Shown one piece after another: positions 21,539 through 24,000 of a stretch of DNA of 24,000 nt. Origin of the DNA: Streptomyces phage Faust. Where the stretch lies: sequence record MT684598.1. One strand, 5' to 3'. The translations under genes and the position numbers were made by a program. Below the pieces are notes generated by a model. It ran no database searches. It was not told the DNA's origin and saw nothing but the letters and a program-made list of their open reading frames with translations. Within the stretch, counting starts at the first letter, position 1, and every line of letters begins with the position of its first letter.

Positions 21539-21657
21539 AAAGATATCGTAGGGCTCAGGCTATTATCAAGGTCCGCCGAGAAATTCGGCGGGTTCGTAGG
21601 CGATGGGAAAAGTATGGCTGCGCATGTGGCCATCACAATATGAGAGGTGACAGATGA
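21535..21657 (+). CDS. Arg-rich micro-protein (not in the ORF track)
   Basis: GTG overlaps the NADAR TGA, preceded by GGAG; MKRYRRAQAIIKVRREIRRVRRWEKYGCACGHHNMRGDR*, and stop overlaps next ATG. Confidence 0.55.
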   Translation: MKRYRRAQAIIKVRREIRRVRRRWEKYGCACGHHNMRGDR

Positions 21658-21821
21658 GTAATCGTCAGCCTAACTTTTCCGTGCGAGATGAAGTCGTTTA
21701 TTTGGGTATGCAGGGTATCGTTAAGAGAGTTGTTAATGATGGACCTAGCAAATTCAAGTATGTTGTGGAATTTGAGCACGGTAGGCAGACAATTCCAGAA
21801 GGAAAGTTGAAGAGGTCATGA
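21654..21821 (+). CDS. hypothetical small protein (not in the ORF track)
   Basis: ATG 21654 after GAGAGGTG; MSNRQPNFSVRDEVVYLGMQGIVKRVVNDGPSKFKYVVEFEHGRQTIPEGKLKRS*. Confidence 0.7.
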   Translation: MSNRQPNFSVRDEVVYLGMQGIVKRVVNDGPSKFKYVVEFEHGRQTIPEGKLKRS

Positions 21822-22033
21822 CTTACAGGCGCTACTCTCTTCATATCACTTATACAAATGGTGCTACTGAAGATTTCGATTGCACAAACTACCGGCGAAA
21901 AGATGGGGTTTACGAGATTTACTACTCAGATAGTGAAAGGCTCGTAATGGATTATGCCCGCCCTGATTTTGAGCTACCAGTGGTAAACGTTCGGTCACTC
22001 TTTAAGGAAGATATTCCTGAAGAGGACAGGTAA
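21818..22033 (+). CDS. hypothetical small protein
   Basis: ATGA overlap; MTYRRYSLHITYTNGATEDFDCTNYRRKDGVYEIYY... Confidence 0.7.
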   Translation: MTYRRYSLHITYTNGATEDFDCTNYRRKDGVYEIYYSDSERLVMDYARPDFELPVVNVRSLFKEDIPEEDR

Positions 22034-22042
22034 TTTTACCAA

Positions 22043-22070
22043 GGGAGGGGTTGACAGCTTCTCCCAAGCT
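22043..22070 (+). repeat. hairpin-AAGCT module overlapping a promoter
   Basis: GGGAG-gggTTGACAgctt-CTCCC-AAGCT. Confidence 0.65.
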
Positions 22071-22079
22071 CGTTAGAAT
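22051..22079 (+). promoter_or_regulatory. promoter
   Basis: TTGACA-N17-TAGAAT. Confidence 0.75.
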
Positions 22080-22133
22080 AGAAAAAGAATAAAGAAACAA
22101 AGAGAAGAATATAGAGAATAGGTATTAATTAAT

Positions 22134-22322
22134 ATGACTCTCTCACTAGTAGTATTGTTTGGTATTGCCCTCTTCATCTGTATTAAGAAGGACGACATGA
22201 AGGCAATCCATGCAGTTATTGCCGTTCTCTTTGGTCTTTTCCTTGGTACAACTAACTGGGGACCAAAGATTATGGAGGCAACTCAAGGCTTGCTTAACTG
22301 GTTTAACAACTTTAGCTTCTGA
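22134..22322 (+). CDS. small membrane protein
   Basis: MTLSLVVLFGIALFICIKKDDMKAIHAVIAVLFGLFLGTTNWG... Confidence 0.7.
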   Translation: MTLSLVVLFGIALFICIKKDDMKAIHAVIAVLFGLFLGTTNWGPKIMEATQGLLNWFNNFSF

Positions 22323-22328
22323 GTTGGC

Positions 22329-22348
22329 GGGGTTTCGACCCCAAGCTT
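22329..22348 (+). repeat. hairpin-AAGCTT module
   Basis: GGGGT-TTCG-ACCCC-AAGCTT. Confidence 0.8.
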
Positions 22349-22368
22349 CGTCTATTGAAGGAGAGATA

Positions 22369-23016
22369 ATGCGCGAGTACCCTAAGATTGATAACCTGTA
22401 CAAGCGTAATCCTGAGAAGAAGAGTCAGCTCTTGGTTGGTAAGTTTACCCGCCCGGAATTTGCACTCATCGACGCTTGGGATGTCACCGAAAAGGTTGAT
22501 GGAACAAATGTCCGTCTGTCTTTTGATAAGTATGGTGACTACGAATTCAAGGGTCGTACTGATAACGCACAGTTCACCATTGGTCAGGAGAATTTCCTTG
22601 ATGACCTTTGTGACGAAATGCGACAGGCTGTTGTAAAGACAATCAACAGTTTTGGTTTGGATTTCCTCACTGTATATGGTGAACTGTATGGTCCAAAGAT
22701 TCAGTCTGGTGGTAATTACTCAGACTCTCTTGGCTTCCGGGCATTTGACATGCTGGTCAACGATAGGGTATGGTTGGCACCAGATGATGTACGGAAGAAT
22801 ACAGACGCGTTTGGTATTGAGCAGGTTCCGAATCTTGGAACCATGACAACCGACAGCATTTTCCTTATGGTTGCCGGTGGATACAAGTCCACCTTTGCGG
22901 TTAACGAGGATTACAATGCGGAAGGCGTCATTGCAAAGCCACCGTGGAATCTGTATGACCAGCGTGGTGAGCGTGTAATGTTTAAGCTCAAGACATGCGA
23001 CCTTCGTCACCTGTAA
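22369..23016 (+). CDS. second ATP-dependent RNA ligase (Rnl2-like)
   Basis: ATG after GAAGGAG; VTEKVDGTNVRLSFD, FLTVYGELYGPKIQSGG, EGVIAKPP, VMFKLKT motifs. Confidence 0.85.
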   Translation: MREYPKIDNLYKRNPEKKSQLLVGKFTRPEFALIDAWDVTEKVDGTNVRLSFDKYGDYEFKGRTDNAQFTIGQENFLDDLCDEMRQAVVKTINSFGLDFLTVYGELYGPKIQSGGNYSDSLGFRAFDMLVNDRVWLAPDDVRKNTDAFGIEQVPNLGTMTTDSIFLMVAGGYKSTFAVNEDYNAEGVIAKPPWNLYDQRGERVMFKLKTCDLRHL

Positions 23017-23022
23017 AGGTGT

Positions 23023-23042
23023 GGCCCGAAAGGGCCAAGCTT
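23023..23042 (+). repeat. hairpin-AAGCTT module
   Basis: GGCCC-GAAA-GGGCC-AAGCTT (23023-23036 + AAGCTT). Confidence 0.8.
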
Positions 23043-23066
23043 TGTAATCAACAATAGGAGAAAACA

Positions 23067-23330
23067 ATGCGTAATTATGTTCAGGAAGTTCTTGATGAGC
23101 TGGACAACAAGATTGGCGGTCTCCCTGATGAGCTGCTTGACCTTTATGGCCTTCTTGTTTTCGTAAAGGGTGAGAATGTTACCCTTGAGGATGTTCATGA
23201 TGCTTGGGCTATCTGGAAGAACCGTATTCGTCCTGACCATAAGTCGCTCATTCCTTTTAATGACTTGACTCTTGAGGTCCAGGAGCTTGACCGCAAGTAT
23301 GCTGATGCAATTGCTTCAGTAAAGCATTGA
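23067..23330 (+). CDS. hypothetical protein
   Basis: MRNYVQEVLDELDNKIGGLPDELLDLYGLLVFVKG... Confidence 0.75.
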   Translation: MRNYVQEVLDELDNKIGGLPDELLDLYGLLVFVKGENVTLEDVHDAWAIWKNRIRPDHKSLIPFNDLTLEVQELDRKYADAIASVKH

Positions 23331-23336
23331 ATGAAA

Positions 23337-23360
23337 GCCGGATGAAAATCCGGCAAGCTT
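23337..23360 (+). repeat. hairpin-AAGCTT module
   Basis: GCCGGAT-GAAA-ATCCGGC-AAGCTT. Confidence 0.8.
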
Positions 23361-23389
23361 TAGCAATCTTTCGTAAAGAGGGTATTTAC

Positions 23390-24000
23390 ATGACCAAAGT
23401 TCTAATTGGTTCTCAAGCTCTGAATCATTGGTTCGATGATGCTAGGGCTCCGCATGACACAGACTATTTCTCAGATGAAGAAATTGAAGGCGCTGAGGCA
23501 TTCTGGCATCCAAAACTGGCGGGATATCAGTGGTCTGGAGAAATTGCAGACCCAACAGAGCTATACACTATTAAGGTATCTCACGCTTTTTGGTTCCATG
23601 GTGACCGTAAATGGTGGAAGCATATGTACGATGTGAAGTTTCTACAGGACCATGGATTTCGTTACGTGATTCCAGAACTATATGATATCCTGTACGCCAT
23701 TTGGGTAGAGCGCCATGGAAAGAAAAAAGCGATGCTGAATGTAACAGCAGATGAATTCTTCAATCCCAACGTTGACCGAATTTATGACCATGACAGCATT
23801 CATCGCAGCATTGCTTATCACGAGCGTCCACTTTATGAGCGAATTCTGAAAGATGGCGCGGACGTTATGGTTGATGAATCAAAGTTCTGGAACCTAGAGC
23901 AGGCTGACAGACTGTCCCTTGTCAGGGAAGAGGTCTACGCAACAGCTCTGGAAAGAATTCTCATCCCCAAGGAATACATCCCTAGTCAGAGGGCTGCCTA
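23390..24000 (+). CDS. hypothetical protein (partial, runs off the window)
   Basis: ATG 23390; MTKVLIGSQALNHWFDDARAPHDTDYFSDEEIEGAEAFWHPKL... open to the window end. Confidence 0.8.
   Translation, partial: MTKVLIGSQALNHWFDDARAPHDTDYFSDEEIEGAEAFWHPKLAGYQWSGEIADPTELYTIKVSHAFWFHGDRKWWKHMYDVKFLQDHGFRYVIPELYDILYAIWVERHGKKKAMLNVTADEFFNPNVDRIYDHDSIHRSIAYHERPLYERILKDGADVMVDESKFWNLEQADRLSLVREEVYATALERILIPKEYIPSQRAA

Noticed and set aside
23436-23636. 66-aa ORF near the window end
   Set aside because: Out-of-frame within the better supported CDS starting at 23390 that remains open to the window edge.
1-24000. CRISPR array, transposase/IS, integrase or restriction-modification genes
   Set aside because: No regularly spaced identical repeats, no terminal inverted repeat with transposase motifs, and no recombinase or methyltransferase motifs seen in any frame.

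Overview
The window is a dense, almost entirely plus-strand block of short, tightly packed (often ATGA/TAATG-overlapping) genes with tRNAs scattered between them. It reads as the accessory or early region of a large actinobacteriophage, probably Streptomyces-type; that assignment is inferred from content and was not searched. Recognisable products: a T4 Rnl1-like RNA ligase, a polynucleotide-kinase-type P-loop kinase, a Sir2 protein overlapped by a macro-domain protein, rIIA-like and rIIB-like proteins, a calcineurin-like metallophosphoesterase, a WhiB-like protein, a thioredoxin-like protein, a KTSC-like domain protein, a NADAR (YbiA-like) protein, a second ATP-dependent ligase of Rnl2 type, and many small membrane or zinc-ribbon proteins. 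I can fold 12 tRNAs by eye. The most interesting signals are: (1) an intergenic module, variable-sequence hairpin + invariant AAGCT(T), repeated about 19 times; (2) a possible dispersed ADP-ribose/NAD module (Sir2 + macro + NADAR); (3) a 16-bp perfect inverted repeat around a promoter and start codon that could act as a readthrough-dependent translation switch; (4) promoters whose -35 box sits in a hairpin loop; (5) recurrent leaderless-gene geometry; (6) several structured non-coding intervals next to tRNAs. All family calls are by motif recognition only; no database search was run.
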